A stretch of DNA of 64,000 nt. It comes from Stegostoma tigrinum. Its lineage: Eukaryota. Position numbers and translations under genes: made by a program. Position 1 is the first letter of the stretch. Each line of letters starts with the position of its first letter. A model generated the notes under the pieces. It was not told the origin of the DNA. It did not search any database and worked only from the letters and a program-made list of their open reading frames with translations. The stretch spans positions 1,612,001 to 1,676,000 of the forward strand of contig NC_081394.1 of NCBI RefSeq assembly GCF_030684315.1. Reading direction: 5' to 3'. Below are positions 11,855-24,678 of the stretch, one piece after another.

Positions 11855-14560
11855 GTCATAGCGTCAGAGTCATAGATTAATACAGCATGGAAGCAGGCCC
11901 TTGGGTCCAAACTAGTCCATGTTAACCATGCTGCCCACTCAGCTAGTTCCAATTGCCCGCATTTGGTCCCTATCCTCTCGAAGCCCTTCTCGTCTATGCT
12001 TCCTTCCAAATGATTTTTAAATGTTGCTATTGTACCTGCCTCAACCACTTTCACCTGCAGCCCATTCCATTTCCGCACCACTCTTTCAGTGTGAAGAAGT
12101 TGCCCCACAGGTCCTCCTTAAAATTTTCCCCTCTCGCCTTAAACCAATGCCCTCTTGTTTTCAATGCCCCATCCCTGGTAAAAAGGCTATAATACATTCA
12201 TACAAACAATGCCCATCAGAACTTTTAAACCTCAATAAGGTCACCCGTCATTCTCCTACATTCCAACGAATGAAGTCCTATCCTGGCCAACCTCTCACTA
12301 GTCAGACCGACGAGAGCTGGCAACATCCTTGTAAATCTTCTTTGCACACTTCCCAGTTTAACTAAGCTTTTCCTAAAACAGGGTGACTAAAACTGTACAC
12401 AATACTCCAATTGCAGCCTCACCAACGACTTATGTAACTGTAACATAACATCCCAACTCTAAATCTCAATGCCTCGATCGATGAAGACCGACGTGCTAAA
12501 TGCCTTCTTCACCACCCTGTCAACCTGTGACGCCACTTTCAACAAACTATCTAGTGGTACTCCTAGGTCCCTGTGTTCCACATCACTTCCCAGCACCTTA
12601 CCATTTACTGTTTAAGTTGGTTAGACTTTCCAAACTTTCCACACTTATCAGTATTGAATAGCATTTGCCAATCCTCAGCCCACTTCCCATCGGATCAAGA
12701 TCCCTCTGTAATTTTTGAAAGCCTTCCTCGCTACTAGTGGTACCTCCTAATTTTGTATCATGCGCAAACTTATTAACCATGCCTTGGACATTTGCATCCA
12801 GATCATTCATGTAAGTAACAAATAACAAAGGTCCCAGCACTGACCCCTGTGGCACACTACTAGCCACAGGCCTCCAATCTGAGAAACAACCTTCAACCAT
12901 CACCCTCTGCTTCCTACCATCGAGCCAATTTTGAATCTGATTAGTTAGCTTTCCCTGATCTCATGCAACCTAACTTTCATGACAAGCCTACCAAGTGGGA
13001 CCTTGTCAAAGACCTTACTAAAGTCCATTGAGATGACGTCCACATTCCTATCCTCATCCGTCCTCTCGGTTACTTCTTCAAAAACTGCAGAAGTGGCACG
13101 GTGGCTCAGTGGTTCGCACTGCTGCCTCACAGCACCAGGGACCTGGGTTCAATCCCACCCCGAGGCAACTGTCTGTATAGAGTTTGCACATTCTTCCGGT
13201 GTCTGTGTGGGTTTTCTCTGGGTACTCTGGTTTCCTCCCACAGTCCAAAGATGTGCACACTAGGTGGATTGGCCATGCTAAATTGCCCGTAGTGTTTGGT
13301 GATGTGTAGCTTATGGGGGTGGGGGTGGGGCTGGGTGGGATGTTTCAAGGGTCGGTGTGGGCTTGACAGGCTGAAGGGCCTGTTTCCACACTGTAGGGAT
13401 TCCATGAATCTTTGAAAAAACGCTTGAAGATTTGTCAGATATGACTTCCAGTGCAAAAATCCACGCTGGCTATCCCTAATCAGACCTTGGCTGTCCAAAT
13501 GTTAGTTGAACCTGTCCCTCAGCATCCTCTCCAATAACTTGCCTACTACTCGTCAGGCTCATGAGCCTGTAGTTTCTTGGTTTGTCTTTTGCTACCTTTT
13601 TTAAACAACGAACAATATTAGTCATCCTCCAGTCTTTCGGAACTTCCCCAGTGGCTAAAGATGAAGCAAATATTTCTGCAAATTTCTCTGTAAATACTGA
13701 GGAGAAATATTCATTAAAATTCTCCCCCATTTCCTGTGGTTCCGCACTTACATGGCCATGCGTATCTTAAGGGGACCTATTCTCTCCATCGCCGCTCTTT
13801 TAACATAGCCTTAGAACCTCTTGAGATTATCTTTATCCTTATCTGCCAGATCCAGCTCATACCCTCTTTCTGCTTTTCTGATTTCCCTCTTAAGTGTGCT
13901 CCTACACTTTTTATAGTCACCTAGGGATTCACTTGAGCCTGATAGTTTAAACCCAATGTATGCCTTCTTCTTTTTCCTGACCAGACCTTCAATATCCCTC
14001 ATCTGCCAGCTTTTTCCTTTCCCCTAACAGGGACAACACTGTCCCTGGACTCTTGATATCACATTTTTGAAAGCTTCCCATTTACCAATCATTCCTTTTC
14101 CTTCAAACAGACTCACCCAATCGATGGCTGCTAGATCCTGCCTAATAGCCCCCGAATTGGTCCTGCCCCAGTTTAGCACTTTAACCTGTGGACCTGTCCT
14201 ATCTTTTTCCATAATAACTGTGCTAAAACTAAGAGAGTTATGGTCATTGGACCCAAAGTGCTCTCTGACTGACACTTCAGACACTCGCCTGACCTCATTT
14301 CTGAAGAAGAGCTCCAACGTTGAACCCTCCTGAATCGGGCCCTCTACATATTGATTTCGATACTTTCTTGGACACGTTTGACAAATTTCACCCGGACCGG
14401 ACCTTTTACACTCTGGCTGGCCCAGTCAATACAGGGGACATTAAAATCTCCAACCAATACTACTCTATTACTCCTACAGGTATATGCAATTTCTCTACAC
14501 ATCTGCTCCTCTAGTACCCGCTGGCTATCTGGGAGTCTATAATACATTTAACAACACCTT
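11855..14560 (-). mobile_element. Degenerate CR1 LINE (endonuclease to RT fragments) with a nested HE1 SINE
   Basis: Fragments YYRLPDSQR...VLVGDFN, DHNSLSF, SVPQGSVLGP, MDFSKVFDKV; many stops. Confidence 0.9.
13094..13408 (+). mobile_element. HE1-type tRNA-derived V-SINE
   Basis: A box gtggctcagtggtt, B box gggttcaatccc, V-domain tgtatagagtttgcacattct, 3' end sharing the CR1-like tgaagggcctgtttccacactgtagggattc. Confidence 0.85.
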
Positions 14561-15507
14561 GACAGCAGGTTTTCTCTGACCAGCTCCACAGTCATGGTGA
14601 TGTCTCCCAAAATTCCGATGTGATGACTCTCAGCTGAGAGAAGGAGACTTGATTGACATTTTCAAGCCCTTGGGTGGCAGCTGGACAGAATTGAAAGGGA
14701 GAAGCTGTTCCCACTGGGAAAAGGAACAAATTCGAGAGAGGGGTGAAGATTTAAAGTGACATACAAATGGAGCGAGGGGTATGTGAGGGTAAACACCATG
14801 TTCCCCCTTCAGCGAATAGTTAGGGGGTGGGATATACTGCCTGGAAATGTCGGTTGGGGCGGGAGGCGCAAGTTCAATTGAAGCATTGGAAAGCGGCATT
14901 GAGTGGGGATTGGGATAGAAATGAGGGGCAGAGAGATTGGGGGAGAAGGCAGGAGATGGGAACTCTGGAATGCTGCTTATTTGAAGAGCTGACACAGGGA
15001 CAATGGCTTGACTGGCCTCCTTCTGTGATGTAACACATCAGTGACTTCAAGCAACATTTCTGAAACAGATGGGATTTTACGTGTCACTGTTACGGAGATT
15101 AATTCATTCACCAACAAGGCATTTCAAACAGGGACTGATTACAGTAATATTAATCAATTTGTTTGATGCTGAGTGAAGGAAAGACTTCGTGATGCTGAGC
15201 GGGGTAAGGAGATTGTGGGGGATGGAATTTGACCTGACGTTTCCCAGGCCACAACCAGAATGAGAGGCTCGGTGAGGTTTCGAGTTCGTACCTTCTGAAT
15301 GGTTATGAGTGTTATGGAGTGTGTGTGTGTGTGTGTGTGTGGGACTGTGAGTATTTGAACCTGTGAGTCTGTACCTGCGAGTGTGTGTGTGTCTGTCCCT
15401 ATAGGTTGTCAATTAGTGTGTGTGTGTGTGTTGGGGGGAGACAGGAAGGAGTGCAGCGTGCATTTATCACCCCTTCCAGCTCACACTGTGCTTTCTGATA
15501 TTCACAG

Positions 15508-15604
15508 GGGGAAAGGGAAGAAGCCTCTAAGAGAGAATTCTGACAGCGATCTCACAGTTGTTGACAGCTTGGTAAAGAAAGCACCATCTCTGTCCAAGAA
15601 TTGA
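15508..15604 (+). CDS. Paralog of the 7526 exon, tyrosine-less and terminal
   Basis: Identical acceptor region. Translates (R)GKGKKPLRENSDSDLTVVDSLVKKAPSLSKN*, with TAC>GAC at 15563-15565. Confidence 0.4.
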
Positions 15605-15879
15605 AAACCCTCATCCCCAAGTGGCCTGAAGAAGCGGGGAGGTGGAGGCTGGGTCAGGACAGGCACTGCTGGGTTCAATCCCAGTGATAGAGAGACCCAG
15701 AGGACAGACACGGCATTAGCTCTGAGAGCCCTCAGACTGTCCCATTGGAATAACAGCGCCAAACACATCCAAAACAGGATAGTGATCCAGTTCAACAGAA
15801 AACACTCCGCATAACCAGAGGGACATTGGTTCAAATCCCCAGCCAACCTTATACCACAGTTGCAACTTCACCATCCCAG

Positions 15880-16125
15880 AGCTTCAGTATCGATTGAGTG
15901 CCGCATTGTCGGAGGGTCAATGCTGAGGGAGTGCCACACTGTTGGAGAGTCAGTACCGAGTGAGTGCCACACTGTCCGAGGGTCAGCACTGAGCGAGGTG
16001 CTGCACTGTCAGAGGGTCAGTGCAGAGGTAGTGCTGCACTGTCGCAGGGTCAGTGCTGAGGGAGCGCCGCACTGTCGGAGGGTCAGTGCTGAGGGAGCGC
16101 CGCACTGTCGGAGGGAATGCTGAGC
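15880..16125 (-). repeat. 32-bp minisatellite
   Basis: Tandem units; paralog of 7888-8112. Confidence 0.9.
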
Positions 16126-16359
16126 TGACTGGGGAAGGCCATTCTCCCACTTTGGTGTGCTGCAAGAACACATCCTCCCATGGTGCTGTAAGTTTTGAAA
16201 TGTGTGGGGAAGGTGCAAGGCTGATGACAATTTACACTTTTGTCTGAACTTTCCCTCATTTCCCGTCATTGTTCCCAGAGTAGAACTCAGCCCTCCCCCA
16301 CCATAGATTCTGGGTCCTAAATGATCACCAACTCAAGTTTTCTTTTCTCTGCATCCTGT

Positions 16360-16865
16360 ACTATCCCTAACCCATCCCTATCTGTGTAACCTGCTCCAGA
16401 TCTTACACTCCTCCCCGTCTCTGTAACCTCCTCCAGCCCCAACGCCCCTCCCTATCTCTGTAACTTCTTCAAGCCCCTATCCTCCTCCTTATATCTTTCA
16501 CCTCCTCCAGCCCCTAGTCCCCTCCCTATCTCTATAAACTATCCCAGTCGCTACACCCCTCCCTTACTGTGGAACCTCCTCCAGCCCCTTCACAGCTCCC
16601 TATCTTTGTAACCTCCTCCAGTCCCTACCCTACTGCTTGTCTCCATAAACTCCTCCAGTCCCTAAACACCCTGCTGATCTTTGTAACTCCCTCCAGTTCC
16701 TATACCCTTCACAATCTCTGTAACTCCCCGTGGTCCTTACATCCCTCTCTATCTCTATAAACTCTTTCAATCCTTATACCACTCCTATCTCTGTAACTTC
16801 CTCTAGTCCCTATTCCCTTCCCTATCTCTGTAACTCACTGCAGTCCTTGTAGCCGCTCCTTATCT
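16360..16865 (+). repeat. ~35-bp C-rich minisatellite
   Basis: Paralog of 8400-8885. Confidence 0.85.
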
Positions 16866-17097
16866 TGGTATTTCTGTTGTGCGGGGCTAATGCATCCACT
16901 TGGTAACATTTGGTCATGTTTTTCCCTGTGGAATTTTACAGTCCGTGATTTTTCCAGCCACAGATCCAGCTTTGCAACTGATTCCCCAAGTAAATCAGTC
17001 AAATCCTTCAATCAGTTTGAGGCTTTATCATGATTTGGAATGCTGACAGGTAGTGAGTGCTGTTGGCTTAAACAGTGAGGTTGCCCAGTCATTATTT

Positions 17098-17580
17098 TCA
17101 GCACTGATCCTGCACAGTGTGGCACTCCCTCAGCACTAACCCTGCGGCAGTGCAGCGCTCCCACAGCACTGAGTCTGCGACAGTGCGGCACTACCTCAGC
17201 ACTGACCCTCCAACAATGCGGCGTTCCCTCAGTGCTGATCCTCTGACAGTGCGGAACTCCTTCAGCACTGACCCTCTGACAATGCGGTGATTGCTCAGCA
17301 CTGACCCTGCAACAATGTGGTGCTCCCTCAGCACTGACCCTCCGACAGTGTGGCACTCCCTCAGCACTGACCCTCCGACAGTGCAGCGCTCCCTCAGCAC
17401 TGACCCTCCGACAGTGTGGCGCTCCCTCAGCAACGACCCTCTGACAGTATGACACTCCCTCAGCACTGACCCTCCAACAGTGCAGCGCTCCCTCAGAACT
17501 GACCCTCTGACAGTATGACACTCCTTCAGCACTGACCCTCCGACAGTGTGGCACCCCATCAGCACTGATGCTCTGACATA
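17098..17580 (+). repeat. 32-bp minisatellite (~15 copies)
   Basis: Tandem ctccctcagcactgaccctccgacagtgtggca units. Confidence 0.9.
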
Positions 17581-18267
17581 TTGGAATAATGCTTGCTTGC
17601 CTGTGTAAAAACAGGACCCGCTCACAGAAGCTTTCAATGCAAATAAGATGTTGACACAGCCTTCTGATTTGTTAAACAGTGTCAGAAAGAGTTTGTGAGA
17701 GAGAAACTTCCAGAGACTGCAGACAGAAGGCTGTGATCTCTCCCTCCATTCCTCTGGAGGAAAAACAATACAATCTAAAAATTAAAAGTATTCTAAGACT
17801 AGAAAAGACCAGCTGATCAACCACTGAATCGAAGATTGACCGTCACCAATGGACAACAATGTCACCCTTGCTAAAATCTAAAGGACTGTGAGAAAATAAC
17901 TGTCCAACTTATTGCCCATTCTTTCGATGCTCAGAATTTGGTTTTTTCCGGTCAATGTTATTTTTCCACCTGTTGTAAATGTGTTCAACCGTTTCTTTCT
18001 GCCTCTGATAATTATGAACGAGTCTATGCATACCTCAAGCTTTTAAACAATTATAGTTTCATAGAAGTAAATTACAAATCCTTTGTTTTCTCTTGTTAAA
18101 GTTACTGGTGTTAGAATGTAGCATGATATTCTGTTTGTGATGAAACCGTGTGAATTCAGATTTTCTGCAGTTGCAGCCAACCAGACAAGTCTCAGTGTGA
18201 TTCTGGGCAGGTTGTGACAGTTTATGGAACCATGGGGCACAATTGTGATGGTGCATGTTTAGATATT

Positions 18268-18558
18268 TAGATTCCTTACAGTGTGGAAACAGGCCCTTTG
18301 GCCCAACAAGTCCACGTTGCCCCTTGAAGCATCCCACCCAGACCCATCTCCCTATAACCCACACACCCCTGAACACTACAGGCAATTTTGCATGGCCGAT
18401 CCACCTAGCCTGCACATCTTTGGACTGTGGGAGGAAACCCACGCAGACACGGGGAGAATGTTCAAACTGCACACAGACAGTCACCCGAGGCTGGAATCGA
18501 ACCTGGGTCCCTGGAGCTGTGAGGCTGCAGTGTGAACCACTGAGCCACTGTGCCGCCC
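18268..18558 (-). mobile_element. HE1-type SINE
   Basis: Reverse complement of the 13094 element. Confidence 0.85.
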
Positions 18559-19253
18559 CAATGGAGTTGTGACCACGCTGTATATCGAGCAGTTCCAAAT
18601 TGGCATCTGATTGGTTGGCCACGCAATACAGGCACCTCCTGTGGGCATGAAAGCCTGAGGAGGTCCTCAAACTCAGAGCTTCATGGCAACACCTCCACTG
18701 CAACTCTCCCTAAAAGGGAGTGGGCACTGAGCATGTTGTTCATCAACACACTCCCAATCTCCCCACTATGAGCACTGCGGGGGGCAACAATAGGACAACA
18801 ACAAAGATTCTAACAGATTATAAAAGATTATAATATCGTAAAAGTTACCCCCTGCCCTTCTGAAGTCAGCTCATAGGGACCATACATCAGACACCATTTG
18901 ACACCCAGTCACATTGGGATCTCTATTGACAAGCAAAACCTTTGGTCAGAATCCTCACTTTGCAGGATCACAGAAACATTCACTCAGCCACTTCTTGCAT
19001 CTTCACAACATTGTAAGGGGATGGTAACATTGTCACAGACTTTGAGGAGCAGAGGGCTGCTCTCTCGTTTGAGGGTGAGGTGACTGGGGATGAGTTTAAC
19101 CCGTGGGCCATCACACCTCAAGGGAGGTGGAGAAGATGGGAACTTCACTCAGTTGGGGTCATGAGGACCGTCCATCCCACAATGGTCCTGATAGAAAACA
19201 GCAGGATAGTTTTACTTCCAGTGTCTGAGAAAACCAAAACAATGACCAGAGGG

Positions 19254-20250
19254 TGTCACGACTGGTGGGAGGATGTCATTACAGCGTGTTTACAGGGGAA
19301 ATTTCCATGAGAAGAAATATAGTGATTGCAACAAGGTCCACCAGGTGGGCCTTGTAGAATATGAGTTCCCTAGTTGGGGATGTTAATCTGGTCCAATCAG
19401 GGAGCCCTGGCTGAGAGATAGAAACAGGAGAGTCCAAGTTTCTGCTTACTCTGAGAGCTGGCTCTGAGGGAGCTGGGTCAGTGTCAAGGATTCTCCACGT
19501 GTAAATAAAAGGGGTCTTGGTGACAGGGTACCAGCCTCTGTGGAGTTATTCTAGTGGCATCATGAGAAAAGCACACTCCTGAAGAAATTCACTCTCAACT
19601 TTGAGATGGGTTAAGCATTTCTGGCATCATGCTGTAATTTGGGAATAACTCAATTGATCCTGCCTTCAGAGGCCAGTTTTGGAAAGAATGCATTTTTTCC
19701 CAGCTAATGACATTGGGGCAAATGCAAAGGAATGTGTAATTCTCCTGACAGTTTGGGAACCTGCAGCTTTTTTTGGTTATTAGGAAACTGACATTTCCTG
19801 AGACTCAGATACTAAAATCTTTCAAGACTTGATGGATTTGGTCAAGGGGCATTACAACTGCATGAATCCTCTAATTCTGAGATGCTGTCGGTTTTATTCA
19901 GCAGTTCAAGAACCAGGGGATTCCGTATCAGGATTTTTGGTGAGGTTAAGATGACTGGCCGAGACCCTTAATGAGATGCTGAGAGACCGTTTGATCTGTG
20001 GGGTGAATGACATAACCATGCAAAAGCACCTGCGAGTAGAATCCCACCTGGACTTCAAACAGGCTCAACAAGTGGCTTTGTCATTAGGAAATGCAGCAAT
20101 TGGGGAATATGAGTTACAGGGTATTCAATGGAAGTGAACACCCTCGCCAGGCCAACTGAGATTCGGGAACACCACTTGAGTGAAGGCAATTGCACAGCCT
20201 CACTCAGGACATATCCTTCACAGAGGAATTCTAGATCAGTCCACAGCAAA
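19254..20250 (+). mobile_element. Degenerate Gypsy-like LTR retrotransposon 5' part (LTR, PBS-like site, gag remnant)
   Basis: TG start (tgtcacgac), CCAAT box, AATAAA, LTR end ttattcta followed by gtggcatc (PBS-like); remnant LNEMLRDRLICGVND..MQKHL. Confidence 0.6.
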
Positions 20251-20269
20251 ACACCGAAACAAAACCAAG

Positions 20270-21035
20270 CCTACCATCCCACCAACATCCACATCAGGAG
20301 GATCGTCAGATGCCATTTCCACCACCTCCAGCAGGATGCCACCACCTGATGCATATTCTCCACCTCCCTTGTCCGCCTTCTGCAGGGACCGTTCTCTCCG
20401 AGACACCCTGGTCCATACCTCCTTCACCCCCAACACCTCCCCACAGCCCTACGGCACCTTCACCTGTAACCGGCAAAGGTGCAACACCTGCCCATTTACT
20501 TCCTCCCTTGCCCGTATCCAAGGGTCCAAACATACCTTCCAGATAAAGCAACACTTCACCTGCACTTCCAAGTATCTAGTCGACTGAATTCGCTGCTCAC
20601 AATGTCGTCTCCTCTACATTGGGGAAATGAAGCGCAGGCTTGGTGACCGCTTCGCAGACTGTCTAACGTTCTGCTCGCAAAAAAGACCATGAACTACCTG
20701 CTGCCTGACAATTCAATGCATCACCTTGCTCCCTGGCCAATATCTCTGTCTCCGGCTTGCTACAGTGTTCCAGTGAAGCCCAGCGCAGGCTGGAGGAACA
20801 ACACCTTATTTTTCACTTGGGGACCCTACAGTCCTCCAGACTAAATACTGAGTTCAATAATTTTAGGGCCGAAACTCCCCCATGTCCCAGCAACACCCCC
20901 CCCCCACAACCCCAGACACCAGGCTTTGTTACCACACAGCCTGCCACTACACCCCCTGTGCTGTTAGTCATTAACAATCCCCATTAACAACTATTCACCC
21001 TCCCAGCCAGATCGTTAGCAACTCCTTTGTCTGTC
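20270..21035 (+). mobile_element. PLE fragment with GIY-YIG endonuclease remnant
   Basis: PLSAFCRDRSLRDTLV, CNRQRCNTCP, LYIGEMKRRLGDRFA. Confidence 0.85.
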
Positions 21036-21038
21036 CAG

Positions 21039-24000
21039 AGATAATGGGGACTGCAGATGCTGGAGAATCCAAGATAACAAAGTGTGAAGCTGGATGAACA
21101 CAGCAGGCCAAGCAGCATCTCAGGAACTCAAAAGCTGACATTTCGGGACTCGACCCTTCATCAGAGAGGGGGATGGGGAGAGGGTTCTGAAATAAATAGG
21201 GAGAGAGGGGGAGGCGGACTGAAGATGGAGAGAAAAGAAGATAGGTGGAGAGGAGAGTATAGGTGGGGAGGTAGGGACGGGATAGGTCAGCCCAGGGAAG
21301 ATGGACAGGTCAAGGAGGCGGGATGAGGTTAGTAGGTAGGAAATGGAGGTGCGGCTTGGGGTGGGAGGAGGGGATAGGTGAGAGGAAAGACAGGTTAGGG
21401 AGGTGGCGACAAGCTGGGCTGGTTTTGGGATGCAGTGGGGGGAGGGGAGATTTTGAAGCTTGTGAAGTCCACATTGATACCATTGGGCTGCAGGGTTCCC
21501 AAGCGGAATATGAGTTGCTGTTCTTGCAACCTTCAGGTGGCATCTTTGTGGCACTGCAGGAGGCCCAGGATGGACATGTCGTCTGAGGAATGGGAGGGGG
21601 AGTTAAAATGGTTCGTGACTGGGAGGTGCAGTTGTTTATTGTGAACCGAGCGGAGGTGTTCTGCAAAGCGGTCCCCAAGCCTCTGCTTGGTTTCCCCAGT
21701 GTAGAGGAAGCCACACCGGGTACAATGGATACAGTACACCACATTGGCAGATGTGCAGGTGAACATCTGCTTAATATGGAAAGTCATCTTGGGGCCTGGA
21801 ATGGGGGTGAGGGAGGAGGTGTGGGGGCAAGTGTAGCATTTCCTGCGGTTGCAGGGGAAGGTTCCGGGAGTGGTGGGGTTGGAGGGGAGTGTGGAGCGGA
21901 CAAGGGAGTCACGGAGAGAGTGGTCTCGCCGGAAGGCAGACAAGGGTGGGGATGGAAAAATGTCTTGGGTGGTGGGGTCGGATTGTAGATGGCAGAAGTG
22001 TCGGATGATAATGCGTTGTATCTGGAGGTTGGTGGGGTAGTATGTGAGGACGAGGGGAATCCTCTTAGGGCGATTGTTGCGGGGGCGGTGTGTGAGGGAT
22101 GTGTTGCGGGAAATGCGGGAGACGTGGTCAAGGGCGTTCTCGACGACTGCGGCGGGGGGGAACGTTGCCATCCTTGAAGAACGTGGGCATCTGGGATGTG
22201 CGGGAATGGAATTTCTCATCCTGGGAGCAGATGCGGCCGAGGCGAAGGAATTGGGAATGGGGGTGGAATTTCTGCAGGAGGGTGGGTGGGAGGAGGTGTT
22301 TTCTAGGTAGCTGTGGGAGTCGGTGGACTTGAAATGGACATCAGTTTCTTGCTCGTTACTTGAGATGGAGAAAGAGAGGTCCAGGAAGGTGAGGGATGTG
22401 TTGGAGATGGCCCAGGTGTATTAGTGTGTAGGGGTGGGTCACTGGATGGGCCTGTTGGAGAGGAAAAAATCTGAGGGCTTGTAGGCCGTCCTTGAGGGGT
22501 ATGGGCATACATAGAGACTGCATGTTCACAGTAAAGATGAAGCGTTGGGGGCCAGGGAAGAAGCAAAGGGCATGGTTTGTATCCCTGATGGAGGTGGGTA
22601 GTTCTGGGCCAAGGGGGAGAGAATGGAGTCGGGGTAGGAAGAAATGAGTTTGGCGGGGCAGGATCCTCTGGAGATGATAGTTCAGCCGGGGTGGTTGGGC
22701 TTGTGGGTTTTGGGGATCAAGCAGAACAGGGCAGTGTGGGCCTGGGGGACTATAAGGCTGGACATGGTGAAAAGGAGGTTACTTGGAAAGGATGGCTTGA
22801 TGGTCCATGGTGGGGTCATAATCAAAGGGGAGGTAGGATGTGTAGTTGAAGAATAGACGCTTGGCCTCTGCGACATACAGGTCCGTCCTCCAGACAATGA
22901 CTGCTCCGCCTTTCTCAGTGGGTTTCATACGGGGATTGATGCGGAGAGAGTCGAGCAGTGTAAGTTCAGAGGAGGAGGGGTTGGAGTCGGTGGGGGCCGA
23001 TGTCACTTTGGCATTTAGCAACGAAGCAATCCAGGGCTGGTTAGAGTCCGACAGGGCTGTCCAAGAGGAAGAGGAAGGCTGGAGGCAGGACAAGGAGTCC
23101 CTGGATTGGAAACCTTTATTGAAGAAGACGGCATGGAGATGGAGGCACCAGAAGAAGAGTTCCACGTCATGGTTGGCGCGGAACTCATTGAAATGGGGAC
23201 AGAGGGGCACAACTGTAAACCCTTTACTGAGGACAGACCGTTCGACCTCAGAGAGTTCAGGGTCAGGGGAGTTGGTGAATATGTGGCAAGCTTCGTGGTG
23301 GGATTTTGGGAGGATCTCGAACAGGCTGAAGGAGGGGAGGGGGAAAAGGCAATAGTATGTGATGGGTGATGGTGGGACACTGTACGGAGGGGGGAATAGT
23401 TGTGGGAGGGAAAGGAGCATGGAAGGGGTATGGGATGGAAGATTGGACAGGGGGCGGAGTGTGGGAGAGATGAGGTAGGGAAGAAGGAGGAGATGTGGAG
23501 AGGTAGAGCGTATTGTGGGGGAGAAAAGGACGAGGAGGGGGAGGTGTGCTGGTTATCTGCAATTGGGCAGTAGGAGCCAGAAGTGACCCTGGAGATAGGA
23601 GTCTGGAGTGACGGCGGACGCTGACTGGAAATCGAGGCAGGTCCCAGTTGTTCCGTCATGATCCAGGACAGCATTCATGCAGTCGTCTGGAGTAAAGGCA
23701 GAGGCTGAAATTAAGTCTCTATGGTCCCAGTCAATGCGGAGGCTTGGGTGACGGACTGGAACTGGAAGCAGTGTCTGAACCAGAAATAGCGTCAAACTGG
23801 AGAGACCCAATGCAGGATGAGGTCTGCATCTGACTAATGGCAGCACGGGCCTGCAGACTGTGAGTGGTGAGTGGGTTATCCAAGGTGACAAGAGGACAGT
23901 CTTGCAAACCTATGACTTTTAGTATTCAATATGAAGCAGAAAAGATGGTGATCAAGTGTGTGGATTCTGCATTGAATCTCAGAGTAGAGGTCCTCTGCAA

Positions 24001-24250
24001 GTTTGTGAAGGGAAGCTTTGAGCTCAGGGATGCATGAGAAGAAGGAGTGGAGGTATAGCCAAATTGCAGAGAGGGTTGAGAGGAGAATCCAGAGAAAGAA
24101 TTGTTCCTCGAGGCACTGAAGGTGTTGTGAGTAAGCAGCATCAAAGGTACGTACAAATTTTGAGGGTTTAAAAATGTACATGTGGAAATGAGGGATGCGC
24201 GGGAGCAGAGGAAGATTACGTGGCTATGCTAGCAGGAGTGCCAAAGGGAA
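21039..24250 (-). mobile_element. PLE (Neptune-like) fragments: pLTR, GIY-YIG, RT and N-terminal pieces
   Basis: ORF 21533-22219 has CNRRKCYTC and NVVYCIHCTRCGFLYTGETKQRLGDRFAEH; upstream fragments KGGAVIVWRTDLY and LIPKTHKP; pLTR at 21039-21170. Confidence 0.85.
21134..21166 (-). ncRNA. Minimal type-I hammerhead ribozyme motif in a PLE pLTR
   Basis: Minus strand CU-CUGAUGA-A-GGGUCGAGUCCC-GAAA-UG-UC-AG: conserved CUGAUGA and GAAA cores, stem II, short helix III. Confidence 0.75.
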
Positions 24251-24678
24251 TGGTCCTTGCGGGAGGCACAGAAGGATGGGGAGTGGAAGATGTTTCGGGT
24301 GATGCAGCATTCCCTCAGTACTGACAGTTTGGTACCCCTCAGTACTGACCCTCCGACAGTGTGGCGCTCCCTCAGCACTGACCCTCCGACAGTGCAGCAT
24401 TCCCCCAGCAATGCACTGAAGAGTCAACATGATTAATTATGATGGATAATACCCATTGTGATGTTTAATCATATATGGGTGCATTTATGCATTTTTGCTG
24501 CTTTTTTTGAATTCATTTTCATTCTATCATTCACAATGAATCTTTACGGAGTCCTCTTTATAAAATGCATACTTCAGGGAAAGCAGGCTCAGAGCAGAAT
24601 TAGACCACGTCAGGATGATGTCCTCACCACTCTACAGTCCAACAGCCTTTCCACATAATAGGTCCCATTTTGTATTGT

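Larger units (their letters stand above)
9330..16870 (+). repeat. Tandem segmental duplication, unit 2
   Basis: Colinear with 1990-8890. Carries a unit-specific CR1 (11855-14560) and lacks the equivalent of ~3710-4255. Confidence 0.85.

Noticed and set aside
13094-13170. tRNA gene
   Set aside because: The A and B boxes belong to the tRNA-derived head of an HE1 SINE that continues into V-domain and LINE-like tail.
17098-17580. 32-bp repeat arrays as CRISPR arrays or repeat-protein ORFs (HCRRVSAEG, STDPPTVRH)
   Set aside because: Head-to-tail units without unique spacers in a vertebrate context; ORFs appear in several frames and on both strands, typical of a minisatellite.
18059-18703. 214-aa minus-strand ORF; similarly 7168-7950 and 13127-13498
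   Set aside because: These read through HE1 SINE, microsatellite or minisatellite sequence; no domain or splice support.
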